A stretch of 64,000 nt of DNA from contig JBBRWZ010000001.1 in NCBI GenBank assembly GCA_038248895.1, forward strand, positions 7,760 to 71,759. Direction: 5' to 3'. Numbering within the stretch: position 1 is the stretch's first letter; every line of letters begins with the position of its first letter. The translations under genes were made by a program, and so were the position numbers. This document shows, piece by piece, positions 30,325-40,762 of the stretch. Below the pieces are notes generated by a model. The model made no database searches. It was not told where the DNA came from and worked only from the letters and a program-made list of their open reading frames with translations. The stretch comes from Candidatus Limnocylindria bacterium. GTDB lineage: Bacteria > Chloroflexota > Limnocylindria > QHBO01.

Positions 30325-30982
30325 GGCGCGCGTCGAGCCGCGCGCTCACCGCCGCGAAGAGCACCACCCAGACAAGTCCCAGCGTCCAGCCGCCCACCAC
30401 ATCCGTCGGATAGTGCGCACCGAGGTACACCCGGCTGAGGCCCACCAGGCCGATGACGAGGCCGAGCAGCGCCGCCACGACGACTCGCGTCGCCGCCGGG
30501 AGCGAGGTCCGCGCCACCAGGACGATGATCACGCCGTACGCGATCATGGCGCTCAGGCTGTGGCCGGAGGGGAAGGAGTAGCCGGGCTCCACGACGATCG
30601 GCGGCAGCTCGTTCGGTCGCTGGCGCTCGACGACGAGCTTGATGGTGCCGTTGGCGAGCGCGCCGAGACCCACCGCCGTCCCGGCGGCGACGCCGACCCA
30701 GGGGCGGCGCGCCGCGATCTCCACGATCGCGACCACGACCGCGAGGAGTCCCACCCAGGTTGGCCCGCCGAGGGCCGTCGCGGTCTGCAGCCACCCCAGC
30801 GGCGCCACGAGCGCCTGCGCGCGGACGGTACCGATCACCGCCTCGTCGATCGGCCGCGCCAGGTGCATGTCGATCAGCACGACCAGGCCGGCCACGACGG
30901 CGAGGAGGACGAGGATGATGACGGCGGCCCGCATCGGGCTGGGGGCGAGGCGGCCGTGCGCGATGCGCTGGGTTGATGCCAT
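30242..30982 (-). CDS. PAP2 family phosphatase (membrane)
   Basis: 246 aa from the internal Met. PAP2 motifs KxxxxxxRP (KLVVERQRP), PSGH (SFPSGHS), and SRxxxxxHxxxD (SRVYLGAHYPTD). The upstream 144 codons of the track ORF are Arg/Asp-rich artefact. Confidence 0.8.
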   Translation of the reverse strand: MASTQRIAHGRLAPSPMRAAVIILVLLAVVAGLVVLIDMHLARPIDEAVIGTVRAQALVAPLGWLQTATALGGPTWVGLLAVVVAIVEIAARRPWVGVAAGTAVGLGALANGTIKLVVERQRPNELPPIVVEPGYSFPSGHSLSAMIAYGVIIVLVARTSLPAATRVVVAALLGLVIGLVGLSRVYLGAHYPTDVVGGWTLGLVWVVLFAAVSARLDARLSAARGRDAGAAGADPATRQSGPPATG

Positions 30983-31024
30983 GGGTCGGGTGAGTGTAAG
31001 GAACGCCCGTATGATCCGCACGCC

Positions 31025-33076
31025 ATGACCAGTACGCACGCTGCCCGGCGGGCGGTGGCCGTCGCCCTCGTGTGCGCGGCCCTGCTCGTCGCCGCCTGGA
31101 TCTGGCCACCGCTCGCGATTGCGGTCGTCTGGCCGCTGCTCTTCGTGGTGCCGGGTGCGGTGGCGGTCGGCATCCTCGCGCCGCGCCTGGCCGCGCCGGG
31201 GCGCGTGGGACTCGCGATCGTGATCTCGGTGGCGCTGAGCACCCACGTCGTCTACTGGCTGGCAATGGCCATCGGACCGTCGGTCGGCGGCCACGGGTAC
31301 GGCCGGCCGACGATCTTCGCGGCCGCGGCGCTGCTCGCCGCCTCGTTGCCGCTGGCCGCGGCGCGCGGTGCCCACCCGTCGCCGCGTCGCGCGTGGCGCG
31401 CGCTGCGCCGCCACGTACCGGCCTTCGCCGTCGCGACGCTGAGCGCGGCCTTCGTGGGCATCGTCCTATCGCAGGGGCTGTGGCATGTCACCCCGTCCGG
31501 TGTCGCGGCCGGTGGCTCGAATTGGAGCGACCTGCCCGTCCACCTGTCCATCGCGGAGAGCCTCAACGCCGGCAACTTCCCGCCGCAGGTCCCCTACTTC
31601 GCGGGCGAGCCGCTCGTCTATCACTGGTTCGCCGACTTTCATGCGGCGATCGCCGCCAAGGCCGCGGACCTCTTCAGCATCCCCGCCTTTGTGACCGGGT
31701 CCGCGGTGGGTGCGGCCGCTCTCGCGCTCTGCGTGCACGGCCTTGCCTCGCACCTGCTCCGGGGTCGCGGCGCGCGCCGCGCGGCGGTGCTCGCCGCCGT
31801 GCTCGTCGTCTTCGGCGGCGGCCTCGCCTGGACGCGCCTCCTCGACGACGTCGTCCGCGGCGGCGACCTCGTACATCTCGTCACCCACAACAGCTACGAC
31901 AACATCTGGTACGACAGCCAGGGACTCGTCAGCTGGCCCTACTTCCGCATCCCATCGGTGATGGGCACCGGGCTGCTCGTGCACCGCGCCACGGCGGTGG
32001 GGCTGCCGATCATGGTGGGTGCGATCCTCCTCCTCACGCTGGCGCTGCCGATACGCCGGCGGCTGCGGCGCGGAATGCGCGATCGCCCATACCTGCTCGT
32101 CGCGGCGGGCCTGCTCGGGGCGGCCCTCGCGCCGTTCCAGTTCTTCCTCTTCCCGGCGCTCATCATGCTGGCGCTCGGCTGGGTCCTGCTCGGCGGCCGC
32201 CTCACCGGACGCGGCAGCGCGCGCAACGCGGCTCGCTACCTGCTGCCTTTTGTGATCGCCGTGCCGTTCGCCCTCCCCGCCCTCACCCAGGCCGGCTCGA
32301 GCGGGGCGCTCCAGGTGGTCGCCGGCTGGGAGTCGGCACCGCGCGACGACGGCCTCGCCGCGGTCGCATTCTTCTACCTCACCAACCTCGGCATCCCGTT
32401 CGCCCTGGCCCTCGCGGGGCTCGCGGTCGCCCGCGTTCCGTACGCCCCGTTCCTAGCGGCGTGGGTGATCGTGCTGTTCGCGGTCCCCAACCTCGTGCAG
32501 GTCAGCGTGGTGGCGTTCGACATGAACAAGCTGTTCCAGGCGATGGCCGTCGGCGGGGCGCTCGCCGGCGCGTGGCTCGTGCGCCGCTGGCCGCGACCGG
32601 TGATCGCCGGACTGCTGGTGCTCAGCATCCCCAGCCCGCTCCTGGTGGGGATCTGGAGCGCGTCGGCGAACCTCCAGATGCTCACCGGCGCCGAGCTCGA
32701 CGCGGCGGGCTGGGCGAGGACGACGCCGGAGCGCAGTGTCTTCGTGACCGATGGGTGGCTCACCGCCCTCACCGACCCGGCCGGCCGCCTGCGGCTCACG
32801 ACATTCGACCCGTACGTGGCCAATCTCGGCTACCGCCCCGATGCGCGGCACGCCCTCGTCGACGCGATCTTCTGCGACGGCGACGCGACGGCGAGCGCGA
32901 CGATCATGCGCTCGCTCGGCGCGCGCTACGTCGTCGACGCCGTCCGGCCGCAGACCTGCCCGGCGCCGGTGGACTTCTCGACCTCCGGCGCGTTCCGCGA
33001 GGCGTACGCCAATGACCAGCTGCGCGTCTGGGAGCTGACGGAGCCGGACGGGCCGGCGGGTATCATCGGCCCATGA
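31025..33076 (+). CDS. Large polytopic membrane protein, putative GT-C-fold glycosyltransferase (PMT/ArnT/DUF2298-like)
   Basis: 683 aa with more than 12 predicted TM helices. Periplasmic loops carry conserved acidic and aromatic residues. The C-terminal soluble domain contains Cys residues. The family assignment is tentative. Confidence 0.45.
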   Translation: MTSTHAARRAVAVALVCAALLVAAWIWPPLAIAVVWPLLFVVPGAVAVGILAPRLAAPGRVGLAIVISVALSTHVVYWLAMAIGPSVGGHGYGRPTIFAAAALLAASLPLAAARGAHPSPRRAWRALRRHVPAFAVATLSAAFVGIVLSQGLWHVTPSGVAAGGSNWSDLPVHLSIAESLNAGNFPPQVPYFAGEPLVYHWFADFHAAIAAKAADLFSIPAFVTGSAVGAAALALCVHGLASHLLRGRGARRAAVLAAVLVVFGGGLAWTRLLDDVVRGGDLVHLVTHNSYDNIWYDSQGLVSWPYFRIPSVMGTGLLVHRATAVGLPIMVGAILLLTLALPIRRRLRRGMRDRPYLLVAAGLLGAALAPFQFFLFPALIMLALGWVLLGGRLTGRGSARNAARYLLPFVIAVPFALPALTQAGSSGALQVVAGWESAPRDDGLAAVAFFYLTNLGIPFALALAGLAVARVPYAPFLAAWVIVLFAVPNLVQVSVVAFDMNKLFQAMAVGGALAGAWLVRRWPRPVIAGLLVLSIPSPLLVGIWSASANLQMLTGAELDAAGWARTTPERSVFVTDGWLTALTDPAGRLRLTTFDPYVANLGYRPDARHALVDAIFCDGDATASATIMRSLGARYVVDAVRPQTCPAPVDFSTSGAFREAYANDQLRVWELTEPDGPAGIIGP

Positions 33077-34275
33077 CCAGCCCCAGCCAGGCCCGGCCGG
33101 GTGGCGCCGTCGTCGCCCTCGATCACCTGAGCAAGACCTACGGCGGCTCGGGGGCGGCGGCGGTCGACGACCTCTCGCTCACCGTCCCGGCCGGCGAGAT
33201 CTGCGTCCTCGTGGGGCCGTCCGGGTGCGGCAAGACGACCACGATGAAGATGATCAACCGCCTCATCGAGCCGACCGGCGGTCGCATCACGATCGACGAC
33301 GAGGACGTTTCGAGCATCCCGGCAGTCGAGCTGCGGCGGCGGATCGGCTACGTGATCCAGCAGATCGGCCTCTTCCCGCACCTCACCATCGCCGACAACG
33401 TGGCGATCGTGCCGAAGCTCCTGCAGTGGGACCGCACCCGCGTCCGCGAGCGCGTCGACGAGCTGCTCGACCTGGTGGGGCTCGAGCCGAGCCAGTACCG
33501 CGACCGATACCCCTCGGCCCTTTCCGGGGGAGAGCGTCAGCGCGTCGGCGTGGTCCGCGCGCTGGCCGCGGATCCACCCGTCATGCTCATGGACGAGCCG
33601 TTCGGCGCCGTCGACCCGATTCGCCGCGAGCGGCTGCAGAACGAGTTCCTCAGGCTCCAGGCACGCGTCCGCAAGACGATCATCTTCGTCACCCACGACG
33701 TGGACGAGGCGATCAAGATGGCGGACCGCATCGCGATTCTGCAGCGCGGCGGCGTCCTCGCCCAGTACGACACGCCGGATGCCATCCTCGCCAACCCGGC
33801 GTCCGAGTTCGTCGCGCGCTTCGTGGGCGCGGACCGCGGCCTGAAGCGGCTGTCGCTCGGACGGGTGCGCGACGTGCCGATGCTGGAGCCTGTCATCATC
33901 CGCGCCGACGAAACACGTGCTGACGCGCGCCAGCGTCTCGCCGGCGTCGAGGAGCTGGAGTACGCGCTGCTGGTCGACGATCACGGTCGTCCACTCGGCT
34001 GGATCCACGGTAGCGACCTCACCGGCGGCGGCAGCGTGCCGGTCGATGCCGCCACCCCCGGCGCGCCCACCGTGCAGGCAGAGACGACGCTGCGCGATGC
34101 GCTGTCGGCGCTGCTCGGCTCGTCGGTCCAGCTCGGGGTCGTCGTCGACGAGAAGGACCGCGCCATCGGTCTCGTCAGCGTCGACGCCATCGGCGAGGCG
34201 CTCCGCGCTCCGGTGCGCGGTGCCGACGGGGAGCTGCATCCCGTCGGGGAGGCGGCGGTCGAGGCCGCGTCGTGA
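33073..34275 (+). CDS. opuCA: Osmoprotectant (glycine betaine/carnitine/choline) ABC transporter ATP-binding protein with C-terminal CBS pair
   Basis: Walker A (GPSGCGKTT), the ABC signature (LSGGERQRV), and Walker B, plus about 130 aa of CBS-like tail. ATGA overlap with the upstream gene. Confidence 0.85.
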   Translation: MTSPSQARPGGAVVALDHLSKTYGGSGAAAVDDLSLTVPAGEICVLVGPSGCGKTTTMKMINRLIEPTGGRITIDDEDVSSIPAVELRRRIGYVIQQIGLFPHLTIADNVAIVPKLLQWDRTRVRERVDELLDLVGLEPSQYRDRYPSALSGGERQRVGVVRALAADPPVMLMDEPFGAVDPIRRERLQNEFLRLQARVRKTIIFVTHDVDEAIKMADRIAILQRGGVLAQYDTPDAILANPASEFVARFVGADRGLKRLSLGRVRDVPMLEPVIIRADETRADARQRLAGVEELEYALLVDDHGRPLGWIHGSDLTGGGSVPVDAATPGAPTVQAETTLRDALSALLGSSVQLGVVVDEKDRAIGLVSVDAIGEALRAPVRGADGELHPVGEAAVEAAS

Positions 34276-34937
34276 GGGAACAGCCCTTCTTCAGGGTCGA
34301 TTGGATCGTCGACAACGCCGATGCCATTGCGGGACGCGTCTGGGAGCACGTCCAGATGACCGTCATCGCCGTCGTCCTCGGCTTCGTCATCGCCATCGCC
34401 CTGGCGCTCCTCATCCGCCGCGTCCCGCGCCTCTACGGACCGATCATCGGCGTCACGGGCACGATGTTCGCCATCCCGAGCCTGGCGCTCTTCGCGATCC
34501 TGGTGCCGTTCACCGGGCTGTCGGTGCTGACCGCCGAGATCGCGCTGGTCAGCTACACGCTCCTCATCCTCGTCCGCAACATCGTCGCCGGGCTGGAGAG
34601 CGTCGGGCCCGACGTCGTCGAGGCGGCGACGGCGATGGGGCTGACGTCCCGGCAGCGGCTGCTGCAGGTCGAGCTGCCGATCGCATTGCCCGTCGTCATC
34701 GCCGGCATCCGCATCGCAACCGTGACGACGGTCGGCCTGGTGACGGTGACCGCCCTCATCGGCCTCGGCGGGCTCGGCTACCTCATCATCAACACCGGGA
34801 TCAACCGCTTCTTCCCGACCTCGATCTACACCGGCGTCGTGCTCTCGGTGCTCCTGGCGGCGCTCGCCGACATCTCGCTGCTCCTCCTCCAGCGCGCGCT
34901 GACACCGTGGTCGCGGTCCCGCGCCGGTGGCGTCTGA
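34272..34937 (+). CDS. opuCB: Osmoprotectant ABC transporter permease
   Basis: 221 aa with six TM helices, of the BPD-transporter permease type. Confidence 0.8.
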   Translation: MREQPFFRVDWIVDNADAIAGRVWEHVQMTVIAVVLGFVIAIALALLIRRVPRLYGPIIGVTGTMFAIPSLALFAILVPFTGLSVLTAEIALVSYTLLILVRNIVAGLESVGPDVVEAATAMGLTSRQRLLQVELPIALPVVIAGIRIATVTTVGLVTVTALIGLGGLGYLIINTGINRFFPTSIYTGVVLSVLLAALADISLLLLQRALTPWSRSRAGGV

Positions 34938-34941
34938 GGTC

Positions 34942-35682
34942 ATGGAGTTCATCGGACGTGTCCTCGCCTGGATCGTCGATCCAGCCAGCTGGACCGGCAG
35001 CGACGGGCTCGGCATCCACGTCTGGGAGCAGCTGGTCCTCAGCTTCCTGGCGCTCGTGGTCGCCATCGCCATCGCACTGCCGCTCGGCCTGCGCATCGGG
35101 CACACCGGGCGCGGCGCCAACGCGGTCATCTGGACAGCCAACATCGGCCGCGCCGTGCCGTCGCTCGGCTGGATCGGGATCTTCTTCCCGATCGTGCTGC
35201 TGCTGCGCACCGGCTCCGGCGGCTTCTGGACGTCACTGATCGCCTTCGCCCTGCTCGCCATCCCGCCGATCGTGACGAACACGTACACCGGCATGCGCGA
35301 GGTCGATCGGGATCTCATCGAGGCCGGTCGCGGGATGGGGATGCGCGAGCGCGACGTCGTGACCCGGGTCGAGATACCGCTTGCGCTGCCGGTGATCCTG
35401 GCGGGAGTGCGGACCTCGGCCGCGCAGACGATGGCGACCGCCACGCTCGCCGTCGTGGTCGCGGGCGGGACGCTCGGCGTCCCCATCCTGCAGGGGATCA
35501 GGGGCGGTGACGACGTGAAGCTGGTGGGCGCGGCGCTCCTCGTGACGCTACTGACGCTTGCCACCGAGTTCGGGTTCGGCGCGCTCCAGCGGGCCGCGAC
35601 GCGACGGAGCAACGCCGCCGCCGGCCACCGTCCGTTCAAGAACGCCGGCGAGGTGCCACTGCCGCCGGCGGGCCCCATGTGA
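34942..35682 (+). CDS. opuCD: Osmoprotectant ABC transporter permease, second subunit
   Basis: Paralogous BPD permease. ATG at 34942 with a TGAGG Shine-Dalgarno sequence. An alternative GTG at 34927 would overlap opuCB by 11 nt. Confidence 0.8.
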   Translation: MEFIGRVLAWIVDPASWTGSDGLGIHVWEQLVLSFLALVVAIAIALPLGLRIGHTGRGANAVIWTANIGRAVPSLGWIGIFFPIVLLLRTGSGGFWTSLIAFALLAIPPIVTNTYTGMREVDRDLIEAGRGMGMRERDVVTRVEIPLALPVILAGVRTSAAQTMATATLAVVVAGGTLGVPILQGIRGGDDVKLVGAALLVTLLTLATEFGFGALQRAATRRSNAAAGHRPFKNAGEVPLPPAGPM

Positions 35683-35689
35683 CGACCGA

Positions 35690-35960
35690 CCCGATCCCGT
35701 GGCCCCGTGTTCGATGTATCGAACAATTTGAGCCAGACGTGGGCGGCGCGTGAGGTTTGTTCGAAATATCGGTCAGCGGTGAGCGTGAGGCCTGCGGCTG
35801 CGCGCGGCTCCCGCACGCCAGCGCTCGATTTATCGGTCACACCCCACGCGACGGCCCTGAACTGCGCGAATCGGTCGAAATATCGAACGCGGCGGCGCGA
35901 ACGCGGCGCGAACGCGGCGCGGGGCGCGGTGGGGCGCGGTGGCGGCGACGGCGCAAACCG
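35690..35960 (+). repeat. Repeat element, copy B. Boxes TTCGATGTATCGAA (35710), TTCGAAATATCGG (35760), TCGATTTATCGG (35825), and TCGAAATATCGAA (35875), then a GC-rich tandem tail (CGCGAACGCGGCG x2, GGGGCGCGGT x2).
   Basis: Box spacing 50/65/50 matches copy A. Overall identity with copy A is about 75%, and the orientation is the same. It sits inside the opuC operon between the last permease gene and the substrate-binding gene. Confidence 0.75.
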
Positions 35961-36100
35961 CGGTGAGCCTTTCACACGCCCGACACGTAGCAATGGCATA
36001 CCTGGCTCGCTTCGGCAGTCGCCTTGCTATGGTGAAGGTTGAAACCGAGCACGAGCGTCGCGAACCACGGGGCGCCGTCATCGAAGGAGGAGAGACCCAA

Positions 36101-37066
36101 ATGCGGATTGCCCGCAGGCTAGCCCTCGGGGCGTCGGTGCTGGCGCTGATGGTCAGCGCGTGCACCACGGGAGGGGGCAGCCAGTCGCCGGCCAGCAGTG
36201 CCGGATCGTCTGGTGGAGCCGCACTTCCCAACGTCACCGTCGGCTCGGACGGCTTCTACGAGTCAGCCGTCGTCGCAGAAATCTACGCCCAGGCCCTCGA
36301 GGCCCAGGGCTTCACCGTGGAACGCAAGCTGGAGATCGGTGCGCGCGACGCACGTATCGCCGCGTTCAAGTCCGGCGAGATCAACCTGATGCCGGAGTAC
36401 ATCGGCTCAGGCGTACTGTTCCTGGCCGCCAACGAGAGCCTGGACGGTGAACCGACCTCGGACACGGCCGAGACGCTTGCCACGCTGAACCACCAGCTCG
36501 CGCAGCTCGACCCGGCCGCAGTCGCATTCGACGCCTCGCCGGGCACCGATGCGGACGGCTTCGTCGTCCGCCAGGAGACGGCCGACACCATGAGCCTCAG
36601 CACCATGAGCGATCTCGCGGCCGTCGCGGACCAGCTCACCTGGGGGCTCCCCGCCGAGTGCAGCGACAACCCCGCCTGTGGCCCGGGTCTGAGCGACGTC
36701 TACGGCGTCGACATCTCGTCGCTCGACGTCAAGAACTTCGACGCCTGCAGCTCGGCGATGGCCGAGGCGCTCAACGGCAAGGAGATCGATGTCGCCGAGG
36801 TCTGCACCACGCAGCCCGACATCGAGACGTTCAACTTCGTCCTGCTCGAGGATGACGGCGGCCTCGCGCCGGCGCAGAACCTCGCGCCGGTGGCGACCCA
36901 GGAGCTCGCCGATGCGGCCGGCTCGACCCTCTCGGACGCGCTGAACGCCGTGTCGGAGAAGCTCACCACCGAGGAGCTCACCAAGCTCGGCGTCGAAGTG
37001 GCGGTCAACCAGACCAGCTACGAGGATGCCGCGCACCAGTGGCTGACGGACAACGGCTTCATGTAG
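36101..37066 (+). CDS. opuCC: Osmoprotectant ABC transporter substrate-binding lipoprotein
   Basis: Lipoprotein signal peptide with an LMVSAC lipobox, then an OpuAC/OsmX-type fold. GAAGGAGG Shine-Dalgarno sequence upstream of the ATG at 36101. Confidence 0.8.
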   Translation: MRIARRLALGASVLALMVSACTTGGGSQSPASSAGSSGGAALPNVTVGSDGFYESAVVAEIYAQALEAQGFTVERKLEIGARDARIAAFKSGEINLMPEYIGSGVLFLAANESLDGEPTSDTAETLATLNHQLAQLDPAAVAFDASPGTDADGFVVRQETADTMSLSTMSDLAAVADQLTWGLPAECSDNPACGPGLSDVYGVDISSLDVKNFDACSSAMAEALNGKEIDVAEVCTTQPDIETFNFVLLEDDGGLAPAQNLAPVATQELADAAGSTLSDALNAVSEKLTTEELTKLGVEVAVNQTSYEDAAHQWLTDNGFM

Positions 37067-37138
37067 GCCGCCTCGACCACGTGCCGATGCGGGCGGCGCA
37101 GCCTTCGGGCCGCGCCGCCCGTAGACTGTCCGGCACAG

Positions 37139-37783
37139 ATGTCCGAACACCTCGATCTCACCGACTGGCGCCGTCGCGTGGCAACGCTCTATACGGACCT
37201 GCGCGCCGACGCGCGCCCCGACCCACTGCGGCTCGTCACGTTCCGATCCCGCAGGGATCGCCTCTTCGGCGAGCATCCGTCGTCGCCCATTCCGCCGGAT
37301 GGCCGCCGCGACTTCCGCGGCCTCGCGTACTGGCGCCACGATCCCGCGCTCGTCTTCCGCGCTCGGCTGGAGCGCGATCCGGCGGCGCCGCCGCTGGACC
37401 TGCCGCGCTCCGGACCGGGCGGGACGATGCCATTCGCGCGGATCGGGTGGGTCAGCTTCACCGTCGACGGCACATCGTCGCGGCTCGCGGTCTACTGGCT
37501 CGGTGAGTACTCGGGCGGGCTCTTCCTCCCGTTCCGCGACACCACGAGCGGGCAGGAGACCTATGGCGGCGGGCGCTACCTCTGGGACTCGGCCAAGGGA
37601 GCGGACCTCGGCGCGGACGGCGAGGAGCTTCGCATCGATTTCAACTACGCGTATCACCCCTCCTGCGTCTACGACCCACGCTGGAGCTGCCCGCTCAGCC
37701 CGGAGGAGAATCGGCTCGACGTCGCCATCCGCGCCGGCGAGCGCCTCGATCGGGCGGGGCACGGCGAGGTCGGCGGCGCGTGA
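37139..37783 (+). CDS. DUF1684 family protein
   Basis: 214 aa with the conserved C-terminal YDPRWSCPLSPEEN motif characteristic of DUF1684. Confidence 0.7.
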   Translation: MSEHLDLTDWRRRVATLYTDLRADARPDPLRLVTFRSRRDRLFGEHPSSPIPPDGRRDFRGLAYWRHDPALVFRARLERDPAAPPLDLPRSGPGGTMPFARIGWVSFTVDGTSSRLAVYWLGEYSGGLFLPFRDTTSGQETYGGGRYLWDSAKGADLGADGEELRIDFNYAYHPSCVYDPRWSCPLSPEENRLDVAIRAGERLDRAGHGEVGGA

Positions 37784-38247
37784 GCGACCCCACCGACACA
37801 CGAGCTCGTCGTCACTGCATCAAGTGCGGCCGCGACATCGGCCCGGACGAGTCGATCTGCGGCGTCTGCAACCGCGCCGGCATGGTGACGCCGTCCGCTT
37901 CGCAGTACCACGGCACCATGGTGGCGGCCATCATCGCCGGCGTCGCGGCACTGGCGATCGCGGCGAGCGTCGCGATGCGCGGCGTGGGGCCGTTCTCGGC
38001 CGAAGTGGTGTCGAGCGCACCGGCGACGGGAGCCGTGCTCGACGTCAGGGTCGCCGTCAGCAACGAGGGACAGCGCACCGGCCGCGCCAGGTGCCAGCTC
38101 GCCGCCTACGACGGCTCGGGACGGACGACGCAGACCCGCACGTTCGTGACGGTCGAGGTCGCCGGCGGACAACGCGTCGAGATCGACGAGTTCATCCCGG
38201 GCATCACCGCCGCCCCTGCCCGGGTGGCCGTGACGTGCCGGGGTTAG
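37780..38247 (+). CDS. Small zinc-ribbon membrane protein (hypothetical)
   Basis: N-terminal CIKCG-x11-CGVC zinc ribbon, one TM helix, and a beta-rich C-terminal domain. GTGA overlap with the DUF1684 stop. Confidence 0.5.
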   Translation: MSDPTDTRARRHCIKCGRDIGPDESICGVCNRAGMVTPSASQYHGTMVAAIIAGVAALAIAASVAMRGVGPFSAEVVSSAPATGAVLDVRVAVSNEGQRTGRARCQLAAYDGSGRTTQTRTFVTVEVAGGQRVEIDEFIPGITAAPARVAVTCRG

Positions 38248-38777
38248 GCGGCGAAGCGAAGCTCCACCTCGACGAGGCCACTGGCGAGCGAGCGATCGGT
38301 GACGAGCGCCCAGGCCTCGTGCGACAGGTCCACGACGCGCTCGTCGGCGGTGCCCCAGTAGCATTGGCACCAGTCGACGACCGGTAGCTCGACGCAGCGG
38401 TCAGCGCAGACGGTGATTGTTCCGTTGACGGTCCCGTTGTAGCGGCCGCCGAGGGCGCCCGGCAGCGCCACGACGGGCTGACCCATCCAGCCCGCCGTGC
38501 CGCGATAGTTGCTGGCGATGCCGCTCACCGCGCGATACGCGGGCGGCGGCGCAGTGGTCGCCGCTGGCGGCGCAGTGGTCGGCGCCGGTGACGCGACGGT
38601 CTCCGGGGTGCCCCGTGCGGCGAGAACCTGCTCCTCCACGACAGAGCGATCCAGCGGGGCGGATCGACGGGCGAGCAGTCCTACGTCGCGCGCCTGCGCG
38701 ACGAGCCCTCCCGTGACGGCCGTGAGCGCGAGCCCGACGGCCAGAGCGGCGCACAGCGCCGCGATGCGGTGCCTCAA
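38244..38777 (-). CDS. Double-psi beta-barrel (RlpA/expansin-like) exported protein
   Basis: C-terminal domain GIASNYRG...[21 protein letters not shown]...[12 protein letters not shown] fits the DPBB fold. Start placed at an internal TTG, with a GGAG Shine-Dalgarno sequence, ahead of the signal/TM segment. The longer track ORF would overlap the TPM gene. Confidence 0.5.
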   Translation of the reverse strand: MRHRIAALCAALAVGLALTAVTGGLVAQARDVGLLARRSAPLDRSVVEEQVLAARGTPETVASPAPTTAPPAATTAPPPAYRAVSGIASNYRGTAGWMGQPVVALPGALGGRYNGTVNGTITVCADRCVELPVVDWCQCYWGTADERVVDLSHEAWALVTDRSLASGLVEVELRFAA

Positions 38778-38970
38778 TGGTGACTCCGAGTGCGGGATTG
38801 GGGCGATCGCCGCCAGTCCGGGCGCGGGCGTTTGTCGCGCGTCGACGGAGGCTTCCCCCGCGATCGCCGGTGGCGCAGGTGGGCGCCACGGTGCATCTGC
38901 AAGTACAGATGGGTCGCAAGAAGGGTGCCAGCCGGCGGCGCATGACGCAAACCGCGTATCCTCGGGCGCG

Positions 38971-40677
38971 ATGCGTCGCCACCGCCTGGCCCCCCTCCTC
39001 GCCGTCGTCGCAGCGTGCCTCGCGAGTGCCGCCGTCGCCGCCGGGCCACCCTTCCCGAATCCTGTCACCGACGAGGCGGTGTACGACACCGCCGGCGCAC
39101 TGGCCTCGGGCACCGTCACCGCCGTCGAGAAGCGAATCGACGAGATCGAGACCCGTTCCGGCGCCGAGGTCGTCGTCTACACGCAGCTCGACCCGTTCAT
39201 CACTGAGTCGGAGAACCTGGCGGCGGCGCGCGCCCTGATGGACCAGTGGGGCATCGGCCGGTCTGGCTTCGACGATGGCCTCGTGATGATGATCGGCCTC
39301 AACGACGACCTCGTCCATGGCAAGGTCAGCCTCTTTGCGGGCGCGGGCTACAAGTCGGCCTACCTCGACGAGGACGCGCTCAAGGGCATCATCGACCAAG
39401 ACTTCGTGCCGCCGGCGCGCAACGGCGACCTCGACAACGCCGTCCTCTTCACGATGGAGGCGATCGACCGCGCAACGACGCCGGAACGTCGCGACGCGTT
39501 GAATCGGGCGCGGCAGCTCAACGCCGTGGTGGGGCTCATCGGCGGGCCGCTGGCGCTGCTCGTCGTCGCCGGGGGCGCCTACCTGAAGTGGCGACGCGAG
39601 GGCGACGATCCCGACATCCTCGACAGCCCGTCGATCCTCGCGGCGGGCCCCCCGGCCGGGATGACCCCCGCGCTGGCAACCGTCGTCCGCGAGGGCCGCG
39701 CGACGCGCCATAGCCTCAACGTCACGCTGCTCGAGATCGCGAGCACCGGCCGCATCGGCTTCGCCAACCTCGACCAGGTACGGCAGGCACGGTCGGACGA
39801 GAAGGCCGATCCGGAGACCGATCCGGCGATCCATCTCCTCCGGGCCGCTCCATCGTCGCGCGCCCTCTCGCCCGTTTCGAGTCGGGCGTACGACAGCATT
39901 CGGCAGCTCGCGGGCGGCAACGAACGGCTCAGCCGGTCGCGCCTCTGGAAGCTCAACGACGCGCTGGGCGAGACGTCGGAGCAGCTCGAGCGCGAGTCGG
40001 TGCGGCTCGGCTGGCTGACACGCGAGCCGACGCTCGCGATCCATGGTGCTTCGCTCGTCGCCGGGCTCTGGCTGGCAGGCGGCATCGGCGCCGGTGCGCT
40101 CGGCATCTTTTTGCCGTCGAGCGGCCTCGTGCTGGTCGGGATCGGGCTCGGCATCGGTGCGCTCATCGCGTTCGGCTTCGCGCGCGCGATGAGCAAGCGA
40201 ACGACGCAGGGCGCCTACGCCGATGCGATGCTCAAGGCCTTTCGACGCACGCTGAAGCTCACCATGGAGCAGTCGCGCTCGATGGAACAGGTCACGGCCA
40301 ACGAGGAGGTGCGCCTGCTGGCCGATACCCCGGACAAGGCGGTGGTGTGGGGCATCGCGCTGGGGCTCTACGCGGAGCTGCGGGGCGTGCTCGAGCGGAC
40401 GCTCGCCGATGCCCCCGAGGCGGTGCGCTCCGCGTCAACGTACTACCCGATGTGGCTGGGCTCGTCGAGCGGCTCGACGTACAACGCGGCCGACACCAGC
40501 ATCGCCCACGGGGGCGGCGGCATCTTCTCGAGCTCCCCCGTCCCCGACATCGGCGGCATGTTCAACGCGCTCGGCAGCATGGGCAACACGCCACCGTCCA
40601 CCGCGAGCTCGTCGGGGGGCGGTGGGTTTTCCGGCGGTGGCTCGTCGGGCGGCGGGGGCGCGAGCGGCAGCTTCTGA
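38971..40677 (+). CDS. TPM-domain (DUF477) plus DUF2207-like membrane protein with a Gly-rich C-terminal tail
   Basis: Signal peptide, a TPM phosphatase-like domain (AVYDTAGAL...VVVYTQ), two or more TM helices, and a low-complexity tail ([20 protein letters not shown]). Confidence 0.6.
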   Translation: MRRHRLAPLLAVVAACLASAAVAAGPPFPNPVTDEAVYDTAGALASGTVTAVEKRIDEIETRSGAEVVVYTQLDPFITESENLAAARALMDQWGIGRSGFDDGLVMMIGLNDDLVHGKVSLFAGAGYKSAYLDEDALKGIIDQDFVPPARNGDLDNAVLFTMEAIDRATTPERRDALNRARQLNAVVGLIGGPLALLVVAGGAYLKWRREGDDPDILDSPSILAAGPPAGMTPALATVVREGRATRHSLNVTLLEIASTGRIGFANLDQVRQARSDEKADPETDPAIHLLRAAPSSRALSPVSSRAYDSIRQLAGGNERLSRSRLWKLNDALGETSEQLERESVRLGWLTREPTLAIHGASLVAGLWLAGGIGAGALGIFLPSSGLVLVGIGLGIGALIAFGFARAMSKRTTQGAYADAMLKAFRRTLKLTMEQSRSMEQVTANEEVRLLADTPDKAVVWGIALGLYAELRGVLERTLADAPEAVRSASTYYPMWLGSSSGSTYNAADTSIAHGGGGIFSSSPVPDIGGMFNALGSMGNTPPSTASSSGGGGFSGGGSSGGGGASGSF

Positions 40678-40762
40678 GGCATCGCGGCTCGTTTCAACCG
40701 CCGCCGTTGCAACGCCGGTCGAGGGCTGGCGGATTCGTGACAAACGCGCCATACTTGGCGTG

